A stretch of 44,855 nt of DNA. Origin: a phage. The stretch is taken from assembly GCA_012164735.1 (NCBI GenBank), contig GCA_012164735.1_4544.1; one strand, written 5' to 3'. Position numbers and translations under genes: made by a program. This document shows positions 1 through 8,105 of this stretch, one piece after another. Within the stretch, counting starts at the first letter, position 1. The number at the start of each line of letters is the position of its first letter. The notes under the pieces were generated by a model. That model was not told the origin of the DNA, searched no databases, and worked only from the letters and a program-made list of their open reading frames with translations.

Positions 1-34
1 AAAAAAAAAGCGCCGAGGCAAAATGCGACGGCGC
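1..34 (-). terminator. Candidate intrinsic terminator (minus strand): GC stem 10-15/29-34 followed on the minus strand by a T9 run (plus-strand A9 at 1-9); may be truncated by the window edge
   Basis: gcgccg...cggcgc inverted repeat with 13-nt loop, then 9 consecutive T on minus strand. Confidence 0.35.
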
Positions 35-87
35 TAACCAATAAGAGACAATGAGACGGGAATTATTATTACACGCGTGCGCGCCCG

Positions 88-135
88 TTTCAATATTCCA
101 GAGGAGTTGACACCCTGCGGTTTTAGGTGTAGTTT
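88..135. promoter_or_regulatory. Divergent promoter-like region: plus strand TTGACA (107-112) - 17 nt - TAGTTT (130-135); minus strand TTGAAA (rc of 88-93) - 17 nt - AATAAT (rc of 65-70)
   Basis: Hexamer matches to sigma70 consensus read by eye; 8-bp palindrome CACGCGTG at 72-79 lies between them. Confidence 0.35.
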
Positions 136-166
136 CATTGGTCATTAACCAACTGGGGGCAGAACA

Positions 167-496
167 ATGAATGTAAACGACGCAATCGAAATGTTAACGA
201 AGACTGTTTGCAGTGAGACTAGCCGGTCCTGGGCGTATACCGATGCCGTGGGTGCGGTGCTATTTGAAATCGAACGTCTGCGACTTACCGAAAAAGAATT
301 GCGCGCGAAGCTGGAATTACTCAACGGTACGGCAGCCAGCAAGCTGCAAAAACACAATGAAGAAATGGAAGAATACAAAAAACAGGTTATCCGTCTACGT
401 GAGGAAGGTAAATCCTGGGCGATGATTGCCGAGTTGACCGGAATTAATCAGAGCACAGTGCGCTCCTGGGTACGCAATAATAAAACTTCTAAGTAA
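167..496 (+). CDS. Small DNA-binding protein with C-terminal helix-turn-helix (possible transcriptional regulator)
   Basis: 109-aa ORF; C-terminal segment KSWAMIAELTGINQSTVRSWVR resembles an HTH; first gene downstream of promoter-like region. Confidence 0.55.
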   Translation: MNVNDAIEMLTKTVCSETSRSWAYTDAVGAVLFEIERLRLTEKELRAKLELLNGTAASKLQKHNEEMEEYKKQVIRLREEGKSWAMIAELTGINQSTVRSWVRNNKTSK

Positions 497-506
497 GGCC
501 ACGGCA

Positions 507-2771
507 ATGAGCTTAATTAAATTCGCTGTAACAAGACCCGCTAAAAAAGGCGAAAAAGCCAGGGCGGAAAACTTCCAGATGACGACCGATGAATTTTTCG
601 AATTTATCAAAGATGCGAAAGAGATATCGTCGGTGCATATCAACAAGACGGAAGATAAAGCCGAGTATGCGCGCCGCAAGCGTAAGGCCGATGGCATCGT
701 AGCGTATACCAGTGACGGCTTACGCCGCAAGACCAGTGCGGTGGACCGCTCGATCCTGTTCTTCGATATTGACCGTACCGACACCCGCACCCTACGCCGC
801 TGCCGTAAGGCTTTCATCGACGCGGGGCTGGAGCACGTATTTCACACCACAACCGGCGACCGCCACCCGCTGAAAGGCGGCACGCGTTGCGCTCGTTTCC
901 TGGTGCTAACCGATAAGCCTGTACCGGCGGAAGACCTGGGCCGCGTACAGTATGCACTATTACACCAACTGGGCCTGTCAGATGTGGACTTCGATGATTG
1001 CACGAAAGACACAAACCGCCTGATGTACCTGCCACACCAGCAGTCTGTTATTAAGTGCCACTACGGCAAGCGTGCCCGCGTCCGTCGTCTGCTTCGCCTG
1101 GCGGATAAGTTGGGCGTGGATAAGGAGGAAGTACGCCGCGAGCTTACCCAGGGCGACGACGCAGTGGCAGACGGCATTCTGGACTGGTGCTTCCAGGCAG
1201 GATTCGAGGAGTTATCTTCCGGTCGCGGTTATGAAGTGCCGTGCCCGAACGAACATCTGCACAGCGGCGAAGGGTCGACGGCTATCATGGTCAAGGATGG
1301 CGAGATCCGTTTCAAGTGTATGCACACCGGCAACGAGTGTTGCTCGGAACTGAACAGACACCAGCACCTGGCGCTACGTCTTATCGGGATCCCGGACCAC
1401 CTGAACGTCGAACCACACAACATGTCACGTAAGCAAATCGCCGCCATCCTCCCCGGACTGGACGACGAGGAAGTGGAATCGTGCTATGCGCATATCGTTG
1501 ATGCGGTCGGAGACGGCGACGAGTACGGCGGATGTACTGATGCAGACCTGGACAACGAGCCGGTTGCGCTGTTCAGTAAGCACGACCCGATCATCGAGGG
1601 GTTGATTAACTTTAAATCGACCTGGTATATGGCGGGCGAGTCGAACATCGGTAAATCGTTCTACGTGCTGGGCCAAATGGGTGCGGTTGCCGCGGGGATT
1701 CCTTTCGGTGGTGCTAAGGTCGTCCAGTCTCATTGCTTCTATTTCGATGCGGAAGGTGGCGAAGCCTCCAACCAGCGTAAGGAAGCACTGCAGATCAAAT
1801 ATGAGCACGACCTGGACAAGCTGCACATTATCGACCTGCAATCTCGCGGCTGGGATATCACCAGCAAATCCGGCTTGCGTGAAGTTATCAGCTTCATCAA
1901 CCGCACCGCTAACGGCGAACCTGTTGGCCTGGTGGCGTTCGACTCTCTCAACCAGACTGTTGCGCTGCGGTCCGCCGATGCTAAACCGTTCGACGAGAAC
2001 AACGCCAGCGATATGGGCGAAGTGGTAAAAGCGCTGAAAGCCATCGCGGAAAATACCGGCGGCAGTGCTGGCGTCATCCACCACCCGGCGAAGGGTGCAA
2101 ACGGCAGCAGATCCCCCCGCGGGTCCGGCGCGCTGCATGGTGCTGTTGATTCTGCGTTCTTCCTGGAGCAACCGGACGACAACCAGCCAGGCCAATTGAA
2201 CCTGTATCACGAAAAGGCACGTAACGGCATCAAGCAAGCGCCGCGTGGCTTCGTCCTGCTCAAGTGCAAGGTGAAGGTAGATCTCCGCAAGTCAGAAGCG
2301 TTCGCGTCGCACCAGTCCACCAGCACCGGTCCGGACTTCGGAGACGTAGTTGCCGGTTGGGACGTCAAACCAATTGCGTCCACCCCGCGCGACGAGACTT
2401 TATACCTCGTACCGGTCGCCCTGGCACCGTTCGCTATAGAACAGGCGAAGGCCGCAGGAAAAGCCGCAGTTAAGGAAGAGAACACCGCCGGACCGCGCAC
2501 CGAAAAAGAAAAGGTACTTTACGCGGCGCTGGAAAAACTGATGGAAGAGAACCCGGACCATACCGGATTCAGTAAATCGGCGATTGTCCGCCAAGCGGGA
2601 CTTGCGAAAGGTGGCACATCGACGAAGGCAATCGACGATATGATCGAGCGCGGCGTACTCGGTTTTTATACAGACCCGCACACCGGGGCCATCTACGGGT
2701 CGTCGAATATCGTCATCAAAACGAATATACCCATCACGCTTTCGGCGACCGATGATGACTTAAAAGACTAA
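507..2771 (+). CDS. Replication initiator: archaeo-eukaryotic-type primase domain fused to RecA-like (Walker A/B) helicase, with C-terminal putative winged-helix DNA-binding domain
   Basis: 754 aa; FFDIDRTD and HVFHTTTGDRH motifs (AEP-like DxD / sxH); Walker A GESNIGKSF; Walker B-like LVAFDSLN; RBS aagg upstream. Confidence 0.7.
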   Translation: MSLIKFAVTRPAKKGEKARAENFQMTTDEFFEFIKDAKEISSVHINKTEDKAEYARRKRKADGIVAYTSDGLRRKTSAVDRSILFFDIDRTDTRTLRRCRKAFIDAGLEHVFHTTTGDRHPLKGGTRCARFLVLTDKPVPAEDLGRVQYALLHQLGLSDVDFDDCTKDTNRLMYLPHQQSVIKCHYGKRARVRRLLRLADKLGVDKEEVRRELTQGDDAVADGILDWCFQAGFEELSSGRGYEVPCPNEHLHSGEGSTAIMVKDGEIRFKCMHTGNECCSELNRHQHLALRLIGIPDHLNVEPHNMSRKQIAAILPGLDDEEVESCYAHIVDAVGDGDEYGGCTDADLDNEPVALFSKHDPIIEGLINFKSTWYMAGESNIGKSFYVLGQMGAVAAGIPFGGAKVVQSHCFYFDAEGGEASNQRKEALQIKYEHDLDKLHIIDLQSRGWDITSKSGLREVISFINRTANGEPVGLVAFDSLNQTVALRSADAKPFDENNASDMGEVVKALKAIAENTGGSAGVIHHPAKGANGSRSPRGSGALHGAVDSAFFLEQPDDNQPGQLNLYHEKARNGIKQAPRGFVLLKCKVKVDLRKSEAFASHQSTSTGPDFGDVVAGWDVKPIASTPRDETLYLVPVALAPFAIEQAKAAGKAAVKEENTAGPRTEKEKVLYAALEKLMEENPDHTGFSKSAIVRQAGLAKGGTSTKAIDDMIERGVLGFYTDPHTGAIYGSSNIVIKTNIPITLSATDDDLKD

Positions 2772-2843
2772 ATTCTGCGCGCATTGGTTGCCATTTTGAG
2801 TGTTTTTATCCAGTCGCATTGGTTGCCGTGTAGTGTAAATATA

Positions 2844-3049
2844 GTGAATAGTTATGCAGTTTTATTGCATAAACTAAGCGGGACAAAAAGCGGGACAAAC
2901 AAGGGGCGGGACAAAGCGGGACAGCACCCCAGTCCCGCCCCGGATGGCGCGGCTTCCGGAGGAGCGGGACAGCGGGACAGCACCCCAGTCTTTCAGACTA
3001 GACGGGGGTCAGCGGCCCCCCTCGTCTGAGACTGAATAAAATCCGGAGA
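2844..3049. repeat. Copy 1 of a ~206-bp duplicated non-coding element: GCGGGACA iterons (direct at 2878, 2890, 2906, 2916, 2964, 2972; inverted at 2932) plus a 67-bp imperfect palindrome (2983-3049)
   Basis: Direct comparison with 20071-20276; immediately downstream of the primase-helicase gene. Confidence 0.8.
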
Positions 3050-3251
3050 TTGCAAAATACACGGCAGCATGATGCGAAGTGCGGTCATGGATGAACTAGG
3101 CAACCAATGCGGGTTGTATTATGCTGAGTGAAAAATGCGGTTTGCAGTTGCAGCAGATAGCGATCAACTTTTTCATACGCATGATTAATATTGGTTGCAT
3201 TCAGCCTAGCACCCTGCTAGATTGGTTGCACACCAACATGAGGACTGAACA

Positions 3252-3557
3252 ATGAGAGCATTAATCTGGAAATACTCACGGGCCATAGCGAAGCTGGACG
3301 AAGCGAAAAACACAAACGGCAACGTAGACTATGCGCGCCAGTTTGCGGCACGGGCACACCAACACATCATGAGTGCGCTCGACGATATGGACGCCAGCAT
3401 GGATGACCTGGGTCCGCTGCGTAAGGCTATCCATGAATACGCGCTGGCATTCTCCCGTGAGCGCCTGGCCTATCGCTTCGGTATTGGCGATAAGGCAGTG
3501 ACAAACGTCGCCCGGATTAAAGCACAGCGCGAACTATTCGCCCAGCTTGCGAAATAA
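3252..3557 (+). CDS. Hypothetical protein
   Basis: 101-aa ORF with RBS gagga 8 nt upstream. Confidence 0.5.
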   Translation: MRALIWKYSRAIAKLDEAKNTNGNVDYARQFAARAHQHIMSALDDMDASMDDLGPLRKAIHEYALAFSRERLAYRFGIGDKAVTNVARIKAQRELFAQLAK

Positions 3558-3566
3558 GGGGCCAAA

Positions 3567-3836
3567 ATGGGCCGTAGACGAGCTAATCAGCTTTCTTGGC
3601 ATATTCCCCTGCATTGCATACGAATATGGGCTAAGAACGCGATTGAGGGCGATTCCGTGTACTGGTGCTATCGCGACGATGTGAAGCCACTTACGCAGAC
3701 TCGCTACTTGCACCAGTTCGCAGCACAACATGGTTTCTATGTGCGGACTTCCTTGCAACCAATGGGAATACGTATTACATTACGCCGGAAGCCCGCCGTT
3801 GAGCGGGTAGGCAAACACTGGAGACTGAGCAAATGA
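3567..3836 (+). CDS. Hypothetical protein, probable diverged member of a tandem paralog family (C-terminus ERVGKHWRLSK)
   Basis: 89-aa ORF; RBS aagggg; 3' junction ctggagactgagcaaATGa duplicated at the next gene boundary. Confidence 0.4.
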   Translation: MGRRRANQLSWHIPLHCIRIWAKNAIEGDSVYWCYRDDVKPLTQTRYLHQFAAQHGFYVRTSLQPMGIRITLRRKPAVERVGKHWRLSK

Positions 3837-4177
3837 TTCGAGTAACCGCACGCCGCGAACAATCGGGGGCCACTTACGATGTAATCGACGTTCGCGGCGC
3901 GTTCGTCATCTTCGGACGGGGTGACGACCGGCTGGCGCTGCCGATCGGTATGCTGAGCACATACGACTATTTCAAGCATAACGTCCGGTGTGGCGATGTG
4001 CTGCGCGATAAGCGCACCGGTGAGCTATGGACGGTGGCGAGTATTTGGGTGAAAGATAAACGGCAGCACACGTTATTGCTCGCCCGCCCGGATTGCAAAC
4101 AGCAAACTATTAACACTATTGGCCTGGTGGACTACACCCGCGTAGGCCGTAACGCTACCTGGAGACTGAGAAAATGA
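3833..4177 (+). CDS. Hypothetical protein, tandem paralog family (GDVLRD ... LWTV ... VDYTRVGR motifs)
   Basis: 114-aa ORF; ATGA start/stop overlap with upstream gene; shares motifs with 4174-4746. Confidence 0.55.
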   Translation: MIRVTARREQSGATYDVIDVRGAFVIFGRGDDRLALPIGMLSTYDYFKHNVRCGDVLRDKRTGELWTVASIWVKDKRQHTLLLARPDCKQQTINTIGLVDYTRVGRNATWRLRK

Positions 4178-4746
4178 AATTACTATTCCGCCGTAAATCA
4201 GATGGCTATATCCTGAAGCCGATCCAGACCTTATCGAACTGGGTACGCCTCCACCACGTTGCAAGCGATAAAGTCTGGTGGGCGACTAAGGCAAAGCTGC
4301 CGGAGTACTACGAAATCCTCACACACGATATCGAGCACGGCGATGTGCTGCGTGATATTCGCGACGGGCAGTTGTGGGTCGTGGAATACACCTACCGGCA
4401 CGGCCTGCGTATGACGTCCCGCAAGGATGGCGTAGCGGGCAACATGGTCAAGGGCATGACGTACTTCGGGCTAATCAACTACGAACGAGTGGGCCGCAAG
4501 TACAGCAAGCGTGACCACCAGCCACATGAGCGCGTTGATTTCCGCAAGTCCCAGCCGGAATATGCGACCTACGACGCAAGCAAAGCGCAGGGTGCTATTC
4601 GCCAGGCCGCACATGAAATCGTCAATCGCTTTGATGCCGTGGCGAACGCCCAGCGCATGGCCCGTGACTACGGCGTGGCTTTCATCCGCGTGGAATACGA
4701 CGGCAGCATTACCGCAGTTCACCCGCAGAAGATTATCCAGAAATGA
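4174..4746 (+). CDS. Hypothetical protein, tandem paralog family (GDVLRD ... LWVV ... INYERVGR motifs) with C-terminal extension
   Basis: 190-aa ORF; ATGA overlap with upstream gene. Confidence 0.55.
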   Translation: MKLLFRRKSDGYILKPIQTLSNWVRLHHVASDKVWWATKAKLPEYYEILTHDIEHGDVLRDIRDGQLWVVEYTYRHGLRMTSRKDGVAGNMVKGMTYFGLINYERVGRKYSKRDHQPHERVDFRKSQPEYATYDASKAQGAIRQAAHEIVNRFDAVANAQRMARDYGVAFIRVEYDGSITAVHPQKIIQK

Positions 4747-4883
4747 GTGCGACTATCCGGGATATGCTCATGCATAACCGCTTTGAGATAGGCGGGCGAG
4801 TGTTCTGCAATTACTTCGTGGCGCGTGCTTTGGCGCGCCATATCGGAAAACCAGAAGGGGAAATACGATGCTACACGATTTGA
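4743..4883 (+). CDS. Small hypothetical protein (46 aa), translationally coupled
   Basis: ATGA overlap with upstream stop; not in ORF track because under 60 aa; hand-translated. Confidence 0.3.
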   Translation: MSATIRDMLMHNRFEIGGRVFCNYFVARALARHIGKPEGEIRCYTI

Positions 4884-5155
4884 TATATTGGTTTGGTTTG
4901 GCCTGCGGACTATGCCTGATTACGGCGGTGCTGGGCGCAATATGGGTATTCCTGGTATGGCCTGCGATGGAAGCTGCCAGCATTACCCGGATGACGTTCC
5001 AGATATACAAGCGCCGAGGCATAACGGAACACCCGACCAGGTTGCGCATGTGGTGGCTATGGTATCTGGATATGATTGGGGGCCGAAGGTTTGAGGCCGT
5101 CCGGTCATCCGGGTGGGAATGGAAAGGCGTAGGCAAGTGGTCCATTTTCGATTAA
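4868..5155 (+). CDS. Small membrane protein (hydrophobic N-terminus)
   Basis: 95-aa ORF, RBS aagggg, predicted TM segment LIYWFGLACGLCLITAVLGAIWVFLVW. Confidence 0.4.
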   Translation: MLHDLIYWFGLACGLCLITAVLGAIWVFLVWPAMEAASITRMTFQIYKRRGITEHPTRLRMWWLWYLDMIGGRRFEAVRSSGWEWKGVGKWSIFD

Positions 5156-5172
5156 ATATGCAAGCGTGATAT

Positions 5173-5207
5173 AGTCCCAGTGAGCTAAAACTTACTGGGA
5201 CTTTTTT
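5173..5207 (+). terminator. Rho-independent terminator
   Basis: Stem agtcccagt/actgggact with 12-nt loop followed by T5-6. Confidence 0.55.
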
Positions 5208-5498
5208 ATGGATAAGCTAAACGAGTGGTTATTCGCCCTCGCGTGTCTTGCAGGTGGCTTCGTTGGCGCTCGCATTCACGGGGAGGCAACGAAAGGGCCG
5301 CTAAACTTTGTGTTGTTTATCGTGGTCGGCTTCTTGTGTGCCGTGTTCGGTGCACCGGCTATTGCTGAGTGGTTTAATCTAACCGGACCGAGAACGGTTG
5401 CCGGTCTTGGCTTCGTTACTGCCATCTTCTGGATGCCGGTAGCTGCCAGAATCCGAGAAGCAATTTCCTCGTTCCGTCTGCCGGGGGGTGCAAAATGA
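5208..5498 (+). CDS. Holin candidate (multi-TM small membrane protein)
   Basis: 96 aa, several hydrophobic segments; directly upstream of second membrane protein and the endolysin. Confidence 0.45.
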   Translation: MDKLNEWLFALACLAGGFVGARIHGEATKGPLNFVLFIVVGFLCAVFGAPAIAEWFNLTGPRTVAGLGFVTAIFWMPVAARIREAISSFRLPGGAK

Positions 5499-5737
5499 TT
5501 ATCGCCATCCTGTTATTAGTGATCGGGGCTTCGTCGCTGTATAACGTATACGCGCCATCCGTCCAGGATGGCATTTGCGGACGGGTGCTCTACTTGCTTA
5601 CAGCAATGACCTGTATTATTGGCCTGATGCAAACGGGGGACGTATCGAATACAGTCTGGTCCGTGCTAATCTGGCTATTCGCATTGCGCACGCTGCGTAA
5701 TGCGGTTTTAAATGGGGTAAAACATGCGATTCAGTGA
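5495..5737 (+). CDS. Holin/antiholin candidate (small membrane protein)
   Basis: 80 aa, two hydrophobic segments, overlaps neighbours by 4 and 14 nt. Confidence 0.45.
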   Translation: MIIAILLLVIGASSLYNVYAPSVQDGICGRVLYLLTAMTCIIGLMQTGDVSNTVWSVLIWLFALRTLRNAVLNGVKHAIQ

Positions 5738-6215
5738 CAACGGTCTAAGATTTACGGCAGCCTGGGAGTCATTCAGCCCGGTGCCGTATTTCGCGACTAA
5801 GAAAGAGCAGGCCCGCGGCCTGTATACCTGGGGCTATGGTCATACTGGCACTAATCCGCCGCGGAGCATTACCCGCGCGGAAGCGCTGGATCTACTCAAG
5901 CGTGATGTGGCGTATGCTGAGAACTGGGTGAACAAGTACGCGCATTCGAGTATCAATCAGGCGCAATTCGACGCGCTGGTGGACCTGGTAATCAATGCCG
6001 GTCAGGGTCCAATCGTACCGGACAACATTGCCAACGACTTCGATGACGCGGTGCGCCTGGGTGACTGGGCGAAAGTCCGTGCTACACTGCCACAATTCCG
6101 CAAGCAAGGCGGTGAAGTGCTCAAGGGTCTGGTCCGTCGTGCAATCGGCAGACAGGCGCTATTCGATGGTAAGCAGTGGGACGTTGCCGAGAAAATCGGG
6201 CGTAACGCAGCATAA
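5724..6215 (+). CDS. Endolysin, lysozyme-like (GH24-type glycosidase)
   Basis: 163 aa; E ... GLYTWGYGHTG resembles T4-lysozyme-type catalytic Glu plus GYGH motif. Confidence 0.7.
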   Translation: MRFSDNGLRFTAAWESFSPVPYFATKKEQARGLYTWGYGHTGTNPPRSITRAEALDLLKRDVAYAENWVNKYAHSSINQAQFDALVDLVINAGQGPIVPDNIANDFDDAVRLGDWAKVRATLPQFRKQGGEVLKGLVRRAIGRQALFDGKQWDVAEKIGRNAA

Positions 6216-6230
6216 TACGAGGAACACAGT

Positions 6231-6398
6231 ATGTTAAAAAGCATTCTTGATCATAACGCGGACGCGCTTGCCGCACTGGCTAAAACCGAAGACCCAGGCG
6301 CACGCGCCATTATCGCGGACACAATCAGTCATGCGGGTGTCTTTGACGCGAAGCTGCCAAGCCCGCCACCGCCGGAAGAACCAGGCCCAGCGGCCTAA
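6231..6398 (+). CDS. Small hypothetical protein (55 aa, Pro-rich C-terminus)
   Basis: RBS gagga 7 nt upstream; followed by terminator; hand-translated. Confidence 0.35.
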   Translation: MLKSILDHNADALAALAKTEDPGARAIIADTISHAGVFDAKLPSPPPPEEPGPAA

Positions 6399-6404
6399 CC
6401 ACGC

Positions 6405-6430
6405 AAGCCCGGCTAATGTCGGGCTTTTTA
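6405..6430 (+). terminator. Rho-independent terminator
   Basis: Stem aagcccg/cgggctt, loop 8 nt, T-run. Confidence 0.55.
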
Positions 6431-6494
6431 TTGCTTGACTTGCAACCAACACAGAGGCCATACTGCAACCAATCAACGAGAGGAGTAACACACT

Positions 6495-6575
6495 ATGACA
6501 CGCAATGATATTTATGTACTGGCAATCTGGTCCGCCGCCGCATTCATCGGTATGGTTATTTGCGAATTGCTATAG
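6495..6575 (+). CDS. Candidate micro-ORF encoding a 26-aa hydrophobic peptide
   Basis: Strong RBS gagaggag 7 nt upstream of ATG; sequence MTRNDIYVLAIWSAAAFIGMVICELL; downstream of paired GCAACCAAT motifs. Confidence 0.3.
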   Translation: MTRNDIYVLAIWSAAAFIGMVICELL

Positions 6576-6636
6576 CCCGCCGCCATAGGGACCGTGGTAT
6601 ATTGTCCCCGGACCCATAATCAGGAAGTAAATTAAT

Positions 6637-7779
6637 ATGCACCCTCAAACTAAAATTACCGACGAGCAATTGATCGCTGAATTGCAATCTGGCACTACCT
6701 CGAAAGATATTGCGAAGAAATACGGCATTGCCCTTCGAAATGTCTATATGCGCAAAGCCCGCCTGTCGAAGAAAGGCATTGGACACGGCAACGATGCTGT
6801 AATCCGCAAGCGCGTTGCCGATGGCTTCGGCGTTAAGCGTGTATCAGCCCTGGTGCGCGGCAATGGCGAAGAGGTCATGTCCTGGGTCATCACCGAGCAG
6901 GACAAGGAGCGCCAACTTGAAGCAATGCGCGCCGTTGTCGAGGGTATGAACAGCGAAATCACACCGGCAGCACCAGTGAGCGCTCCGCCAGTCCCGATCC
7001 AGGCGCTTGACCTGCTTAACCTGTATACCGTGTCAGACTTCCACCTGGGAATGTTGGCGTGGGGCGAGGAGACTGGCGAGGACTGGGATATGGCAATCGC
7101 CGAAGACCTTTTTTACCGCTGGTTTGTCGAAGCCTTCGCCCGCGCGCCGGACGCTGGCACTGCTGTAATCAATATCCTCGGTGATATGGCCCACTTTGAC
7201 AGCCTTGACGCCGTCACGCCAGCCAGTGGTCACGTACTGGATGCCGATACCCGCTACCAGAAGTTGGTCCGCTACATGATTCGCATGGTGCGCAACGTGG
7301 TTGAACTGGCGCTGCAAAAACACCATAAGGTCAAACTGCTAATCGTCCAGGGTAATCATGATGAGTCCGGTATGATTTGGCTGGCTGAAATGTTCAATAC
7401 CCTGTACGAGAACGAGCCACGCGTCGATGTTGACACGTCACCTGACGTCTACAAAATGGTGCAGCACGGTAAGACAACGCTGTTCTTCCACCACGGACAC
7501 AAGGCACGCTTTGACGCCATCGAACCGGTCATGATTTCTAAATTCAGACAGGCTTTCGGGTCCAGTGAGTACAGCTACGCGCACGTAGGCCACTTGCACC
7601 ACCAGAAGATTGTTGAATCCCGCAACATGATTGTTGAACAGCACCGGACCCTTGCCGCGAAAGACGCATACGCAAGCCGCGGCGGTTGGATGTCCGGTCG
7701 CAGTGCAAACGTCATCACCTATAGCGCCAACTACGGCGAAGTAGCGCGCTTAACCATTAGCCCGGAAATGTTGAAATGA
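6637..7779 (+). CDS. Metallophosphoesterase (Mre11/SbcD-like motifs) with N-terminal HTH-like region
   Basis: 380 aa; motifs VSDFHLG, ILGDMAHFD, VQGNHDE, HHGHK typical of calcineurin-like phosphoesterases; RBS aggaag. Confidence 0.6.
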   Translation: MHPQTKITDEQLIAELQSGTTSKDIAKKYGIALRNVYMRKARLSKKGIGHGNDAVIRKRVADGFGVKRVSALVRGNGEEVMSWVITEQDKERQLEAMRAVVEGMNSEITPAAPVSAPPVPIQALDLLNLYTVSDFHLGMLAWGEETGEDWDMAIAEDLFYRWFVEAFARAPDAGTAVINILGDMAHFDSLDAVTPASGHVLDADTRYQKLVRYMIRMVRNVVELALQKHHKVKLLIVQGNHDESGMIWLAEMFNTLYENEPRVDVDTSPDVYKMVQHGKTTLFFHHGHKARFDAIEPVMISKFRQAFGSSEYSYAHVGHLHHQKIVESRNMIVEQHRTLAAKDAYASRGGWMSGRSANVITYSANYGEVARLTISPEMLK

Positions 7780-7988
7780 TTAGACAAGTATTCATGAGCA
7801 CGCAGGCCACCCGCCTGAAAGAGCTTCGCAAACAGCTTGAAGGCTTGCGCCGATTCGAACGAACGGCAGCGGCAATAGGCATGTCTATCAGTGAGCGGAT
7901 CGAGATACTATCGCAAATACGCTACACAGAAGGCGCTATAAGCGAAGTTGAAAGCATGTTGACCAGATACTACGGTCGCGCCGTTTAA
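7776..7988 (+). CDS. Hypothetical protein
   Basis: 70-aa ORF overlapping upstream stop (ATGA). Confidence 0.4.
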   Translation: MIRQVFMSTQATRLKELRKQLEGLRRFERTAAAIGMSISERIEILSQIRYTEGAISEVESMLTRYYGRAV

Positions 7989-7995
7989 CCCTCCC

Positions 7996-8021
7996 AGCCC
8001 GCCGATTTGGTGGGCTTTTTT
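7996..8021 (+). terminator. Rho-independent terminator
   Basis: Stem agcccgcc/ggtgggct (one G-U), T6. Confidence 0.5.
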
Positions 8022-8026
8022 GTGCC

Positions 8027-8035
8027 TGTTATAAT
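8027..8035 (+). promoter_or_regulatory. Extended -10 promoter candidate (TGtTATAAT) upstream of terminase genes
   Basis: TG at 8027-8028, TATAAT at 8030-8035. Confidence 0.4.
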
Positions 8036-8105
8036 CCCCCTTAGATGGCTGGGCCGTCTCCTATGTTGCCGATGGTCGGCGCATATGCATAAAAGGGCTT
8101 ATATC

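Noticed and set aside
1425-2237. 270-aa minus-strand ORF inside the primase-helicase gene
   Set aside because: Fully antisense to a well-supported gene, no RBS, and the composition looks like a mirror of the sense frame; treated as an artefact.
2878-2979. GCGGGACA repeat cluster as a CRISPR array
   Set aside because: Repeats are only 8 bp, irregularly spaced, in both orientations and without uniform spacers; no cas genes present.
6586-6612. gggac ... gtcccc inverted repeat upstream of the phosphoesterase gene as an extra iteron site
   Set aside because: Shares only the GGGAC core with the GCGGGACA iterons and is a single occurrence; insufficient evidence.
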